DNA of 64,000 nucleotides from Mobula hypostoma. Its lineage: Eukaryota. The stretch is taken from assembly GCF_963921235.1 (NCBI RefSeq), contig NC_086098.1, forward strand, positions 220,224,001-220,288,000, given 5' to 3'. A program made the translations under genes and the position numbers. The notes under the pieces were generated by a model, which saw only the letters and a list, made by a program, of their open reading frames with translations, ran no database searches and was not told the DNA's origin. Of this stretch, positions 13,411 through 26,425 are shown piece after piece; the first letter of the stretch is position 1, and each line of letters starts with the position of its first letter.

Positions 13411-15242
13411 GCCTTCTGTAGAAGAAGACAATAAATAATAAATAAATTGCTTGATTTAACTTTGCAAGAGGTGTAGTATTCAAGTCCTGCCACAACTATC
13501 GCGCATCCTTTGTTGATTTAAGTTTAGTCCAGAATTGCCACTTCATTTGAGGGATGGCTTTCTGGAGATTGTACCTGGATTATGGTTATTATTCCACAGT
13601 GGATTTATTGAAAGTGCCTGCAAGAAAATTAATCTCAGGGTTGTATGTAATAAATTTACTTAGAATTTTGAAGAAAATTGTAGAATCATCTGTAGAAATT
13701 TGCTAGAACTCCACACAAACACCACCAGAGGTTACGATCTAAACTGAGTTGCTGTACTGATAAAGCAGTGGTTCTACTTGCTCTGCCACTCTGTGAGAGT
13801 AATTTTTTTGTATTTAATTCTAATTCTATCTGTTTAAATTAGGAGTTTTTTGTATTATGTGCCACAGTAGTTTGAGTCCAAATCTGACATTTTGCAGGCT
13901 GCTAGGGTGTAAATAGTAGAAACCAATAAAACACATAGGGTAGAAACTTTAACCTTGTAACATTCATTATATTGATGATAAAGGTATGATATGGCACTGT
14001 AAAAGTATGGACCCCTTCTGTCCATCCCCCCGGCACTGTGCCAGTCCTGAATATTACTCAGTTCACAGTGGTTTCAGGAGCACCTACCAACACTTTTCTT
14101 CAATTCAGGCATGACGCACAGAATTGTTTAATTGCCTGACTAGTTTTAGGTACCTTTAATTTGGCACCGGTTGGCCGCAAAATTGGACATCCACCTGTGA
14201 CATTTTGAATGAATTTCAGTAAAAAAGTACCGTGCACTGTTGTTACCATTCAATGTCTTTAGCGTGTATCTAATGTCACTGTTCATGCATTCCTAGGAAT
14301 CTTATTCATTAGCCAATACCTCAGAAGCACCAGAACAGACAGGTTTTAAAGATAGTTCTACCAACAAAAGAACAGCCCCTGGTGTCATGCTGGCTGGGTT
14401 TTGTTTTGTCTTAAACTCAGAATATTACATTCCCAATCTCAATGTATTTGCATTTCTCTGAATGGCAAATTCACACTACTGTAATATGATTCCAATCTCA
14501 TCACCTAATCTGATCCTTCCTCAAAATTTATAAATAAAAACCTTTGATCTAGGAGATGATAAATGTATTGCCCACATCTGGGGATAATCTACAAGTAGAC
14601 AGCAAGGAATGCTTCCTCGGGGTCACTAGTTTTGAAGGGAAAGCTGAACATTTAGCTGAAGTAGCTGAATGAATTAGGTCCTTTAACAGCGTCCAGCACT
14701 TTCAGTTGAACAGAACACACAGCCCACCAATACTCTTGCACAGATGAGATCGTTGAGTAGCTGCCAGGGTGGCAAGAACAAAACATCAGTCACCACCCGT
14801 GGTTGAAGTCACCCAGCATGCACTCACTTCCTATAGCGAATGCACTGTGCACACGTGTCTTTGTTTGACAAATATCTATCACTCTTCTGTGGCAAAGGCA
14901 GTAATGCATTCATAAGAATCAAACAAAATCCTCACACCTTCTGATTTTTACCTCACTGTCTTAACAACAAGCACAAAAGTAGTTAAATTATGCTGAATAC
15001 TCAATGAGTATCCAAAATCACATGCCCAGATAATGAGCCTGTTTCACCTTTATTTATTCATCAGGACCCCTCTGAGTCGTGTGTAGTCAGTAAGTCACAT
15101 ATGGTAAGCAGGTAATATAGTTGACTGTACGGCATTGGATGTGGAGCTGTATTGGTAATGAGGTGAGGATTTCAGCTTCTTTTAGAGTTAGCAGGTGCAT
15201 AGTACAAGTTCAGTCTCGCCTGCTTAGCTGCCTTACTAAACA

Positions 15243-15762
15243 CCATAAGATATAGGAGAAGAAATCAACCCATTGAGTCTGCTCCACCTTTCAATCATGG
15301 CTGACCCATTTCCCTCTCAACCCCATTCTCCTGTCTCCTTCCTATAACCTTTGATATCCTTACTAATCAAGAACCTACCTACCTCCACTTTAAATACACC
15401 CAGTGACTTGGCCTTCCACAGTTGTCTGTGGCAATTCCGTAGACTCATTGCCCTCTGGCTAAAGAAAGTCCTCCTCATCTCTGTCTAAAGGGATGCTCTT
15501 CCATTCTGAGACTGTATCGTCTGGTCCAAGGCTCTCCCACTACTCCATGTCCACTCTATCCAGGCTTTTCAATATTTGGAAGGTTTCAATGCGATCCCCT
15601 TTCAACATTCTAAACACCAGCAATTACAGGCCCAGAGCCATCAAAAAACACTTCTCATACATCAACCCTTTCATTCTCAAAAGCATTCTTCTAAAACTAC
15701 TTGGAACTCTTTCCGGTATCAACACATCCTTTTTTAGATAAGAGACCAAAACTACTCACAAT
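15243..15762 (-). mobile_element. CR1 LINE 3' end, degenerate
   Basis: Reverse-complement match to the CR1 3' regions at 5545 and 20240. Confidence 0.78.
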
Positions 15763-16550
15763 AAAGGACATGTCTTGTAGAGGTTCTATTGTCCAAACTG
15801 ATACATGGCTTCAAGGGTGGAGGTGATTTGTTTAATGGATTCTTCTGTTATTGAGTAGAATTTGAAAACCGATGCACAAAAAAAGGATGTCCTGGTCCTT
15901 TTAAAGGTGACCAAATATTTCCATATTTTTACATTGGACAAGATTTCATTCTATTCTCAGGTATACCCAGGTGGGCAAAACTCTGAAAATGCAGACCCTG
16001 AATCCTTACAAATATTTCTATTGTAATTTTATTTATTGCATTTGTCACCATAGGAGTTTAATATATGCTTTTTGTACACATTTCAAAAATCTCCAGCTGG
16101 TAGAAAATTACAATGGTCCACTATTGAAAGCTACTGACATTTAGGAGCAATGAAAGCTTGAGGCCTTGTCCTGCCAGAAAACATTCTTCATTGACTGCTA
16201 GATTGTAGGATCATTACTCTTAGATATAAATATCTTTTTCTCTACTTTGTCAACTCTGATAATGGACAAAGGAAAGCAGCCAAATTCTGATGGTTTTCCC
16301 TGATCTTTTTCTATCTAATTTTATACTGTTTCTTCTGCATATATGGCATTTGCACAAACTCATTTTAGACTGACTCATCCTGCCCTCGTTTTTCCTCCCA
16401 GACATTTACACTTTGAGTCCAGACATTCAATCTAAAGACTTTGTTTCTTTGACCATCTTCGCTCCCCTAGATTATCTTTCCTTGTGTCCATTTCCATTGC
16501 TGCTTCTAATCCTTTTCTCTTTACCAGTAAAGCAATTGATGTTATTTCTG

Positions 16551-16692
16551 ATCAATCCTGATGAAGGGTCTCAGCCCAAAACATCAACTCTTTATTCCTC
16601 TCCATAGTTGCTGCCTGACCTGCTAAGTTCCTCCAGCATTTTGTATGTGTTACTCTGGATTTCCAGCATCTGCAGAATCTCTTATGTTTACA
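16551..16692 (+). mobile_element. Solo PLE 3' terminal repeat with hammerhead motif
   Basis: CTGATGAAGGGTCTCAGCCCAAAAC...; 12-bp TSD ATGTTATTTCTG (16539-16550 and 16693-16704). Confidence 0.85.
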
Positions 16693-17929
16693 ATGTTATT
16701 TCTGCTGGATTAAAAGATACCTTTCTCCAGATATATCATATCCAGTAACTTTTTAGATTCAGTCCACCAGGTTATTGCTGCTTATCAATGTTATCTATAA
16801 CAAATAGACTTCAGTAGCACATTGACTTAAAAGAAAAACTAAATAATTCATTAGCACACAAGGACATAAAAGGGTTAACGAGTGTATGAGCAGAGTTTAA
16901 ACTGGCTAGGCCAACATTTTCTCAGCACGCACTCCCTGTAAATTCAGTGTCTGTTGCCAAGTGCAACTTTGTTCAAAAACAGTCTAAACTACTCTTTTCC
17001 TGTCTATCCATCAGCTCCTCTTATCCTTCAGCAAACCTGTCCCTTGTGACCAGGACTGATAATTAATTAAAGTAAATGCATTGTAATTACACACTGCATC
17101 TAAAGGGGAAGGCGCCACATGATTCAATTGCCAAGACATAGTTTATACGTAGGTGTGTCAGATAATTGGAATGTTTAACTGCATGCGATTATGCGATTAA
17201 TGCAACGAAAACTAGCATCTTTTTTAAAATGTGTGTTTTAAAAGATCCAGTCCTAGTACCACACCAAATCTCTCAGACAACATTTGTTTGGTAATGAAGA
17301 CTCTAGCTCCCACCCCTCACAGAGCTGCTCTTCCCCTGGGGTTTGTTGAATTAAGTGTCAAAGGCTGAACCCAGCTTCTTGTTATGTACAACCCCTGAGA
17401 AATGTTGCATTCTCTCTGGCTTTCACGTGCTCCAATTGACACTGTTATCCAAAGACGTCAATTCCCTTCGGCAGGGGATCAGGCCTGCCGGCTTGGTCAG
17501 ATGCACTGGGAGAATAAAATGGGGATAAACCAGTGGTGATGGAGGGATAGCTCAGAAGAGGCAGCATTAGAACAGTATGTGTGCAGGTTCATGTTAACTA
17601 TGTAAAATAATCCACCCAGCATTAAACTAGACAGTGTTAGAAACTGCATGCAATACAGACAGATCATTTCACCAAATCAGTGCATTGAGGTAGTACAAGG
17701 GAATGCAGAATAAAGTGTTGCAGTTACAGAGAAAGTGCAGTGCAGGCAGACAATAAAATGGAAGGCCACAGCCCTGTAGACTGTGAAGTTAAGAGTCCAT
17801 CTTATGGTATTATGGGACCATTCAGTAATCTTATAACAGTAGGACAGAAGCTTCCTTGAGCTTGGTAGTTTACGCTTTCAGCTTGATGGGAGAGAGGAGA
17901 AGAAAGAATGTCTAGTGTGGGTGAGGTCT

Positions 17930-18205
17930 ATTACATCACCAGCTGTACGATCCAGGTTCAAATCCCACTGCTGCTCTAAGGAGATGGTACGTTCTCCCTA
18001 TGAACATGTAGGTTTCCTTTGGGTGGTACGCCTTTCTCTCACATTCAAAAGCATAGGGTCAGGGTCAGTGACTTGTAGGCAAGCTGTGTGGGCAGCAGAA
18101 GCATGCCGACACCTGTGGGCTGCCCAGCGCGAATCTTCATCAATTTGATTTGATGAAAACAACACATTTCACTGCATCAAGGTACATGTCACAGATAAAA
18201 GTAAT
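17930..18205 (+). mobile_element. V-SINE with Rex1-type tail, degenerate
   Basis: GGTTCAAATCCC B box, V-domain-like GTACGTTCTCCC...GGTTTCC; tail resembles 3880-4010. Confidence 0.6.
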
Positions 18206-20239
18206 TGTGTTTTTTTGAGTGTGCTTGACACAACTTGGCAGATTGATCCACAGTGCTAATGGCAAGCTAGTTAAAGGCAGAGGAAGCCTCTGTCTTTGTA
18301 CAGTACTGATTTTATCATCACTCTGCTAAATTACAATGTGCGAGTGCACCCATCAGGCATTATAAGCTAAGTGCAGGAAATCAGATCAGAACAGCTGGAG
18401 GAACCATCCTCCATGACTACAGTATTTGTGGGTTTTCTTCTTTGTCCTTTGTTGAAGGTGAATTGAGGAGATCTTGTTGCATTTGACAGGGTTAACTAAC
18501 ATTTGTTGTTAAAAGTCTTAGTCAAATTCCTGTGGACGTTAATGCCAAGTTTCATTTCTTCCAAGGGCGTGCTGGACTTCCAATTAACACTAGTCTTGGG
18601 AGGAATGAATCATGTACTCCCTCGAGGAGGCCACATGCACCACAAATCTTCCTGTTGCAACTCCGTCATCTTCATCTGCCAGAGAAACTATGTATGCTGT
18701 GTCTAAGGTTTAAAAGATAAAGACTAGCATCATTTGACACATGAGTATCAAAACATGCAGTGAAGTGCATTGTTTGTGTCAAATCAAATCAGTGACGATT
18801 ATGCTCATCAGCCCAATGGGCTCTAAAACCTTTTACATAAACAGGAGATTGCCTGAAAGATGACAGTGTAGTGCTGTGTTGCTAGCTTAGATTAGAGTGG
18901 ACTTCCAATAACATGTGATTTTTTTTCTCTTGGAATGAGGAGAAATGTTTTTCTTTCAAATGGTAATTTGGTAAGAATGCCTAGGATAGAAGCGTTAATT
19001 TGAATAACGGTATGGGTCTGACATACCTGTGGTCCGCAGCCTTACACAGGATGCGCAGGATGTCCTTATCCCTTCAGCTGCTCAGGAGAGAAAAGCTGAA
19101 GGAATGGAGTCACCTCAGGATTCAGGGATTGTGCAGGAAAGGAAGCTTTCGGTGGTGAGGCAGGGAAGGACACCTGCAGTGACAGGGGTCGGGGAGAAAA
19201 TACCAAGCAAAGGAAAACCTAGCTGTAAAAAGATGTCTTGGACTGCATGTGTTGGACCTGGAGAAGATGTTGTCTAGAAGGTTGTTTGGAAGTCAAGAAT
19301 GAGGTGTAAACCTTGTTCGTACAGCCTTTTTATTAGATGACAGTAAATCACGATGAACAAATAACATGGCAACAGGTAACAAAATCTAACTGTAACCAAT
19401 TCACTCTAACAAAGAACCTGCCTGCTGGTCCTTCGTCATACTGAATATTGATTTGAGCTGGACAGATAAGGGAATATTTTCTGATAAAAAGAGCCCATGA
19501 AACAGGGACAGACTTGATTTATACTGCCACGACATCTCAGGCTCACAGAAACTACAAAAGCACAGAATCATACTACAAATGATTGAAAATCCACTGAACA
19601 TTTACAGACAAACAGATGATTACACAAACATATAGATACGCATAAAAAAGTTAAACTACATGAAAATAGCAGGTTAAACCCACAGGAGGAATCCAAGTGA
19701 GCTGACTGACTTTTAACAAACATTAAAGCTGACTGCAGCTAAGGCCTGTTAGTGTGAGTGAACCAAACAATTTGCACTTTATTCGGCATAACTGGTGTGC
19801 TAAAATATGTATTGCACGTACTTGAGATTAGTGCATCTGGCTGGCAAGGCTTCCACTGACCTCTGCTGAATTGGTGGAAGTGCAGACAAAGGAGATGAAA
19901 TTCATTCGCATGGAATAAACAACATGGCATTGTCTGTAGGAATTTGTTACTCTCCATTTTTGAGTGTACTTCGTAACAACAACCTTCACTTAATATACCC
20001 ATTACAGGCCTGACTTCTCACAGGGCTAACGAATGAAACATGGTTGATACTGAGACATAAGTGGATATGGCCCTGCTGCTACCTGGAAGAGTTCCTCTTG
20101 CCAGGAGTCACTTTGTCACTTTATTGTTTCCTGTCAGAGTCACCTTATGTATGGATACCTCTGCACCTGGTGCCACTTTATGTACATACAATCAGTCTAT
20201 GTACTATATATAAGGTTGTTATTTATGTACAGCCACACA

Positions 20240-20835
20240 CAAGGTGTTACTTGACCTCTATTGAGACCACACTTGGAGGTATTGTGCGCAGTTTTGAGCT
20301 CCTTATCTTAGAAAGGATATACTGACATTGGAGAGAGTTCAGAGAAGATTCACGAGAATGATTTCAGGAATGAAGGGACTATCGTATGAGAAATGTCTGG
20401 CAGCTCTTGGGCTGTATTCCCTGGAGTTCAGGAGAATGAGGGGGGATCTCATAGAAACATTCCGAATGTTAAAAGGCCTGAGCAGATTAGATACGGCAAA
20501 GTTATTTCCCATGGTAAGGGATTCTAGGACAAGAGGGCACGACTTCAGGATTGAAGGACATCCTTTTAGAACTGAGATGTGGAGAAATTACTTTAGTCAG
20601 AGGGTGGTAAATCTGTGGAATTTGTTGCCACGAGTGGTTGTGGAGGCCAAGTCATTGGGTGTATTTAAGGCAGAGATAGATAGGTTCTTGATTAGCCAGG
20701 GCATGAAAGGGTATGGAGTGAAAGGAGAGGAGTGGGGATGACTGGAAGAATTGGATCAGCCCATGATTGAATGGCTGAGTAGACTCGATGGGCCAAACAG
20801 CTTACTTCTGCTCCTATATCTTATGGTCCTATGGT
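20240..20835 (+). mobile_element. CR1 LINE 3' end
   Basis: ERVQRRFTRM...RGDLIETF...FSQRVVNLWN; (TTATGGTC) tail. Confidence 0.88.
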
Positions 20836-20837
20836 CG

Positions 20838-21017
20838 CTTCCCACCTTCTTATTCTGGCTTCTTCCCCTTTCCTTTCCAGTCCTGATGAAAGGTCTCGGC
20901 CCAAAACGTCGGCTCTTTATTCCTCTCCATAGATGCTGCCTGACTCACTGAGTTTCTCCAGCATTTTATGTGTGTTACTCTGGATTTTCAGTATTTGCTG
21001 AATCTCTTGTGTTTATG
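20838..21017 (+). mobile_element. PLE 3' terminal repeat with hammerhead motif
   Basis: CCAGTCCTGATGAAAGGTCTCGGCCCAAAACGTCGGCT followed by the standard terminal repeat and tail. Confidence 0.8.
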
Positions 21018-21464
21018 AGATTCTTGTACATTGTGCTTTATAGAATTGCTTTTATATCTACATTTATTATTTTTTATTATGTCTTTTATCCTCATTGTGT
21101 TTTTATGCTGCTTTGGATTCGGAGTAACAATCATTTCATTCTCTTTTACAGTCATGTGCTGAAAAATGATAATAAACTTGAATCTTGAATTTTGAATTAG
21201 GATAGATGACTAAAAATTCTATTGATGCTATGTTTTGGGAGCATTTTAAAGAAGCAAAGAGTAGCAGAAAAGTTTAGGGAAGGAATTCGAGGCCAACTAG
21301 CAAAGCATCTGAGAGACAGCAGCCAGTGTTTTAAGCAACTGAAATAACAGGTGCACTGGGAGCCAAAATGGAAGGTGAAGATTTCTATAGGTTCCAGGAC
21401 TAGAGGCAATTACAGACCTATGGGGTAGGGGAAGCTATGCCGTGACAAAGTATTTGATGGCCCA

Positions 21465-21875
21465 GGGCCTGTACTCACTGGAATGAGAGGGGATCTCATT
21501 GAAATCTATTGATATTGAAAGGCCTAGATAGAGTGGATGTCGAGAGAATGCTTCCTATAGTGGGGGAGAATAGGACCAGAGGGCACAGTCTCAGAATAGA
21601 AGGACATTCCTTTAGAACAGAGAAGAGGAGGAACTTCTTTAGCAAAAGAGTGATAAATCTAAGAAATTAATTGCCACAGATGGTTGTGGAGGCCAAGTCA
21701 TTAGGTATATTTAAAGCAGATGTTGATAGGTTTCTGATTAGTAAAGGTGTCAAAGGTTACAGGAAGAAGGTAGGGGAATGAAATTGTGAGAGATAATAAA
21801 TCAGCCATGTTTAAATGGTGGTACAGACTCGATGGCTGAATGGCCTAATTCTGCTCCTATGTATTATGGCCTTGT
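21465..21875 (+). mobile_element. CR1 LINE 3' end
   Basis: GGGGATCTCATTGAAA...AGAGGGCACAGTCTCAGAATA...ATGGCCTAATTCTGCTCCTAT. Confidence 0.8.
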
Positions 21876-22333
21876 AAAGCCAAACGTAGTGAGACCATTG
21901 AAGAGTTCTCTAATATGATAAGGTAGGCTTTTGACCTCACAATCTACCTTGTTATGGCCTTGTACTTTACTGTCTGCCAGCACTGCACTTTCCCTGTGAC
22001 TGTAGCACGTTATTCTTCGTTCTGTTATTGCTTTTCGCTCTTACTACTTCAATGTAATGAAATTATCCGAATGGGCAGCATGCAAGGCCAAGATTTCCAC
22101 GGTACATGCGACAATAAACCAATTTACAGGTGTTGAAAATTGTTACAGCTGTTGTCAGTAAAACAAAAGCTGTATGATAGGTGAAGAGGACTGGAAGTGA
22201 ACGAGGAAAGGAGAAGAATACTCCTATTGATAGGAGAAGAATGTTAGAAGTAGGTGCTGGGCAAAATTTTGCTTATGGGCTCACTGCAGTTCCTGCCAAT
22301 TGGATTCACAGTATATCCACAAGAATGTTATGT

Positions 22334-22620
22334 TGTGGCAACCCACTTTCTGGCACCCACGAACCGGCTCACGAAACAGTGCGCGCAGGCAGAGGGCCGG
22401 CAGCAAAAAGGGCGCCAGGCCATCTTCACCAGCAGGGGGAAAATCCCGCGCGCAGAAAGGGTCTGGGAATATGCATTCCCCACAGTAGTCCCGCCCAGGG
22501 AGGGCGGGAACGGGAAGGCTTTAAAGCGGGCCGCGAAGTTTGAATAAATCTCTTTCATCGCAACTCTAACTCACCGACTCCGTGTGGTTATTCTAGCGCT
22601 GTGTGTAGCACATCGCTACA
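22334..22620 (+). repeat. 5' LTR
   Basis: TGTGGCAA...TCGCTACA; GC boxes at ~22491-22507, TTTAAA at 22520, AATAAA at 22543; 279/287 identical to the 3' LTR by manual alignment. Confidence 0.96.
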
Positions 22621-22622
22621 AT

Positions 22623-22636
22623 TGGTGACCCCGACG
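22623..22636 (+). promoter_or_regulatory. Primer-binding site for tRNA-Trp
   Basis: TGGTGACCCCGACG, 2 nt after the LTR, is complementary to the 3' end of eukaryotic tRNA-Trp (...CGUCGGGGUCACCA). Confidence 0.9.
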
Positions 22637-22660
22637 GCCCAAACGATATTTGGACCAGAG

Positions 22661-23365
22661 ATGACCGACGCTGCATCTGTTCACGCAGTTTCGTTAAAAC
22701 TGCCAAGCTTCTGGACGCTGCGACCCCATTTATGGTTCGAACAAGCAGAAGCACAATTCCACATTCGGCAGATAACCTCGGAGTCCACTCGCTACTACTA
22801 CATGCTGAGCTCCCTCGACCAGGAGACTGCTGCACAAGTTGAGGAGTTTATACAGTCGCCCCCGGAGGACGGCAAATACACAGCATTCAAAGCCCTGCTC
22901 ATAAGGACTTTCGGACTCTCACGGCGCGAACGAGCACGCCGCTTAATGCACCTGGATGGTTTGGGAGACAGGCTGCCGTCAACATTAATGAACGAGATGC
23001 TGGCCCTGGCTGAAGGACACAAACCCTGTCTCATGTTTGAGCAGGCGTTCCTAGAGCAACTGCCCGAGGACATATGCCTGCTGCTGTCCGACGCAGATTT
23101 CAGCAACCCCCGGGAGGTGGCGGCCCGAGCAGATGTGCTGTGGAATGCCAGGAAAGAGAGAGGGGCATCCGTCGCACAGATCACCAAGCCGTGTGCCCAA
23201 CGACAGACCAGACCAGGCCCGGCAGCAGAGCCTACAAAACCCGGCGACGGGAGTGAGGAGCCCAACGAACAATGGTGTTTCTACCACCAGCGGTGGGGCA
23301 CGGAGGCCCACCGCTGCAGACCGCCCTGCAAATTCCTGGGAAACGCCAGGGTCAGCCGCCGCTGA
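22661..23365 (+). CDS. gag: Gag (234 aa), intact ORF
   Basis: ATG at 22661 after the PBS; N-terminal KLPSFW...WFEQAEAQF motif typical of this gypsy lineage; C-terminal [18 protein letters not shown] (CHCC knuckle). Confidence 0.9.
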   Translation: MTDAASVHAVSLKLPSFWTLRPHLWFEQAEAQFHIRQITSESTRYYYMLSSLDQETAAQVEEFIQSPPEDGKYTAFKALLIRTFGLSRRERARRLMHLDGLGDRLPSTLMNEMLALAEGHKPCLMFEQAFLEQLPEDICLLLSDADFSNPREVAARADVLWNARKERGASVAQITKPCAQRQTRPGPAAEPTKPGDGSEEPNEQWCFYHQRWGTEAHRCRPPCKFLGNARVSRR

Positions 23366-23383
23366 TGGCTACGGCGGCTGGCC
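23338..23383 (+). promoter_or_regulatory. Programmed -1 ribosomal frameshift signal (gag-pol)
   Basis: G GGA AAC in gag frame (23338-23344), 5-nt spacer, then 12-bp stem GGTCAGCCGCCG/CGGCGGCTGGCC (23350-23361/23372-23383); pol is in the -1 frame. Confidence 0.85.
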
Positions 23384-26300
23384 ATCAGGACAGCCTTCTG
23401 TACATCTGGGACAAGCAGTCGGGACGCCGCTTTTTGGTCGACACCGGAGCGGAGATCAGCATCTTACCTCCAACGAGTTACGACACCCGCAACAGAGAAC
23501 CGGGACCCACCCTGAGGGCCGCTAATGGCAGCACAATACGAACCTACGGCACCCGCACGGTGCGGCTACAGTTCAGCTCCAGCCGGTTCACGTGGGACTT
23601 CACACTGGCCGCCATGGCCCAACCACTGCTGGGGGCAGATTTTCTACGAGCCCACAGCCTGCTGGTCGACTTGCAAGGGAAGCGATTAGTCCACGCCAAG
23701 ACTTTTCAAACGTTCTCCCTGGGTGAAGCACAGTTGCCAGCCCCACACCTGGTCTCCATCACGCTGTCCGATGACGAATTCACTAGGGTCCTGGCGGATT
23801 TCCCATCAGTACTGACACCGCAGTTCACGGCAGCCATGCCCAGACACGGAGTACAGCACCACATCCCGACCCAGGGACCACCCCTCCACGCCCGTGCTCG
23901 AAGGCTTCCCCCGGACAAGCTCCGACTGGCGAAGGAGGAGTTCAAGAAGATGGAGGAATTAGGGATCATACGACGGTCCGACAGCCCATGGGCCTCCCCG
24001 CTTCACATGGTGCCCAAGGCAACGGGGGGCTGGAGACCATGCGGTGACTACCGCAGACTGAACGAGGCTACAACGCCAGACCGCTACCCTGTGCCGCACA
24101 TTCAAGACTTCGCAGCAAACCTACACGGCGCAAGGATCTTTTCCAAGGTAGACCTCGTCCGGGGATACCATCAAATCCCTGTACATCCGGACGACATCCC
24201 CAAAACAGCACTTATCACCCCGTTCGGACTTTTCGAATTCCTCCGAATGCCGTTTGGTCTAAAGAATGCCGCACAGACTTTCCAGCAGCTAATGGACGCG
24301 GTGGGACGCGACCTGGACTTTGCATTCATCTATTTGGACGACATCCGCATAGCCAGCAGTAGTCGACAGGAGCATCTGTCCCACCTCCGCCAGCTCTACT
24401 CCCGCCTGAGTGAATTCGGCCTTACAATCAATCCAGCCAAATGCCAGTTCGGACTCGACACCATCGACTTCCTGGGCCACAGGATTACTAAAGATGGGGC
24501 AGCCCCGCTGCCCGCCAAGGTAGACGCAGTCCGCCACTTCCCCCGACCCAACACAATCAAAGGCTTGCAGGAATTCGTGGGTATGGTGAATTTCTACCAC
24601 CGTTTCCTCCCCTCAGCAGCCCGAACCATGCGCCCCTTGTTCACTCTAATGTCGGGTAAGGGCAAGGACATTACCTGGAACGAAGAGGCCGCAACTGCTT
24701 TCGTTAAAACCAAAGAAGCCTTGGCAAACGCCACGATGCTAGTGCACCCCAGAACGGACGTTCCTACTGCCCTCACGGTGGACGCATCCAGCACAGCAGT
24801 CGGTGGAGTGCTGGAACAACTCATCGAGGGTCGCTGGCAACCCCTGGCGTTCTTCAGCAAACACCTACGACCACCCGAACTCAAATACAGTGCTTTCGAC
24901 CGGGAGCTATTGGCACTATACCTGGCAATCCGGCATTTCAGGTACTTCTTAGAAGGTAGGCCCTTCACCGCGTTCACAGACCACAAACCGCTTACCTTTG
25001 CGTTCACTAAGGTGTCCGACCCCTGGTCGTCCTGCCAGCAGCGACATCTGTCCTACATCTCCAAGTACACGACGGACATCCGGCATGTCTCTGGAAAGAA
25101 CAATGTCGTGGCAGACGCACTTTCCAGACCTACCATACAGGCCCTGTCCCAGGGGGTGGACTATGCAGCGCTGGCAGAGGCACAGCAGGCAGACGCTGAG
25201 ATCCCCAGTTACAGGACTGCAGTCTCCGGTTTGCAGCTCCAAGACCTCCCCATAGGCCCAGGTGAGAGGACCCTACTGTGTGACGTAGCTACCGGCCAAC
25301 CCCGCCCCGTTGTCCCAGCAGCCTGACGCTGGCGGGTTTTCGAATCCATTCACAACTTAGCGCACCCCTCCATCAGGACAACTGTCCAGCTGGTCTCCAA
25401 CAGGTTCGTGTGGCATGGACTTCGTAAACAGGTCAGTGAATGGGCCAAAACGTGCATGCAGTGCCAAACGGCCAAGGTGCAGCGGCACACCAAGGCTCCG
25501 CCGCAGCGGTTCGAACCCACCTGCCGGAGGTTCGACCACATCCATGTGGATATCGTGGGGCCCCTGCCAGTGTCACGAGGAGCGCGGTACCTCCTAACTA
25601 TGATAGACCGGTTCACCAGATGGCCAGAGGCAGTCCCGCTCAGCGACACGACCTCCGAATCCTGCGCCTGAGCACTGATCGCAACCTGGGTAGCACGCTT
25701 TGGGGTACCGGCCCACATTACCTCCGACAGGGGCGCCCAGTTCACCTCCAGCCTGTGGTCGGCTATGGCCAGACTTTTAGGAACACAGCTACACCACACA
25801 ACTGCCTACCACCCACAGTCGAACGGACTAGTGGAGCGCTTCCACCGTCACCTGAAATCGGCTCTCATGGCCCGCCTGGAGGGGCCTAACTGGGTGGACG
25901 AACTTCCCTGGGTCCTGCTCGGAATCCGCACGGCGCCCAAAGAGGATCTACACACCTCGTCGGCCGAGTTGGTGTACGGCGCGCCCCTGGTCGTCCCAGG
26001 AGAGTTCATACCAGCCCCAAGGGGGCAAGAGGAAGAACCCACAGCAGTCCTGGACAGACTACGGGAGAGGCTCGGTAACCTGGCCCCCATACCCACTTCA
26101 CAGCACGGACAGAGCCCGACCTGCGTACCCAAAGACCTGCAGAACTGTAAGTTCCTTTTTGTACGACGGGGCGGACACCGGGCACCGCTACAGCGGCCCT
26201 GCGAGGGGCCGTTTAAGGTGATCAGGAACAACGGGTCCACGTTCGTGCTGGACATTGGGGGGAGAGAGGAGGTTTTCACGGTGGACCGACTCAAACCGGC

Positions 26301-26412
26301 CCATGTGGACTTGGCGCAACCGGTCCAGGCTCAGGCACCGCGGTGCAGGGGCAGACCTCCCAAACAGAGGCCGATCCAGACTGTGGACATTGGGGGAGGT
26401 ATCGCCGGTTCT

Positions 26413-26422
26413 GGGGGAGGGG
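26413..26422 (+). promoter_or_regulatory. Polypurine tract
   Basis: GGGGGAGGGG, 3 nt upstream of the 3' LTR. Confidence 0.8.
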
Positions 26423-26425
26423 TTT

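Noticed and set aside
18590-19280. Possible minus-strand exons (donor CAG|gtatgt at ~19026; TAYIVSLADEDDGVATGRF...)
   Set aside because: No recognisable homology; frames close quickly; chance splice motifs are expected in 64 kb
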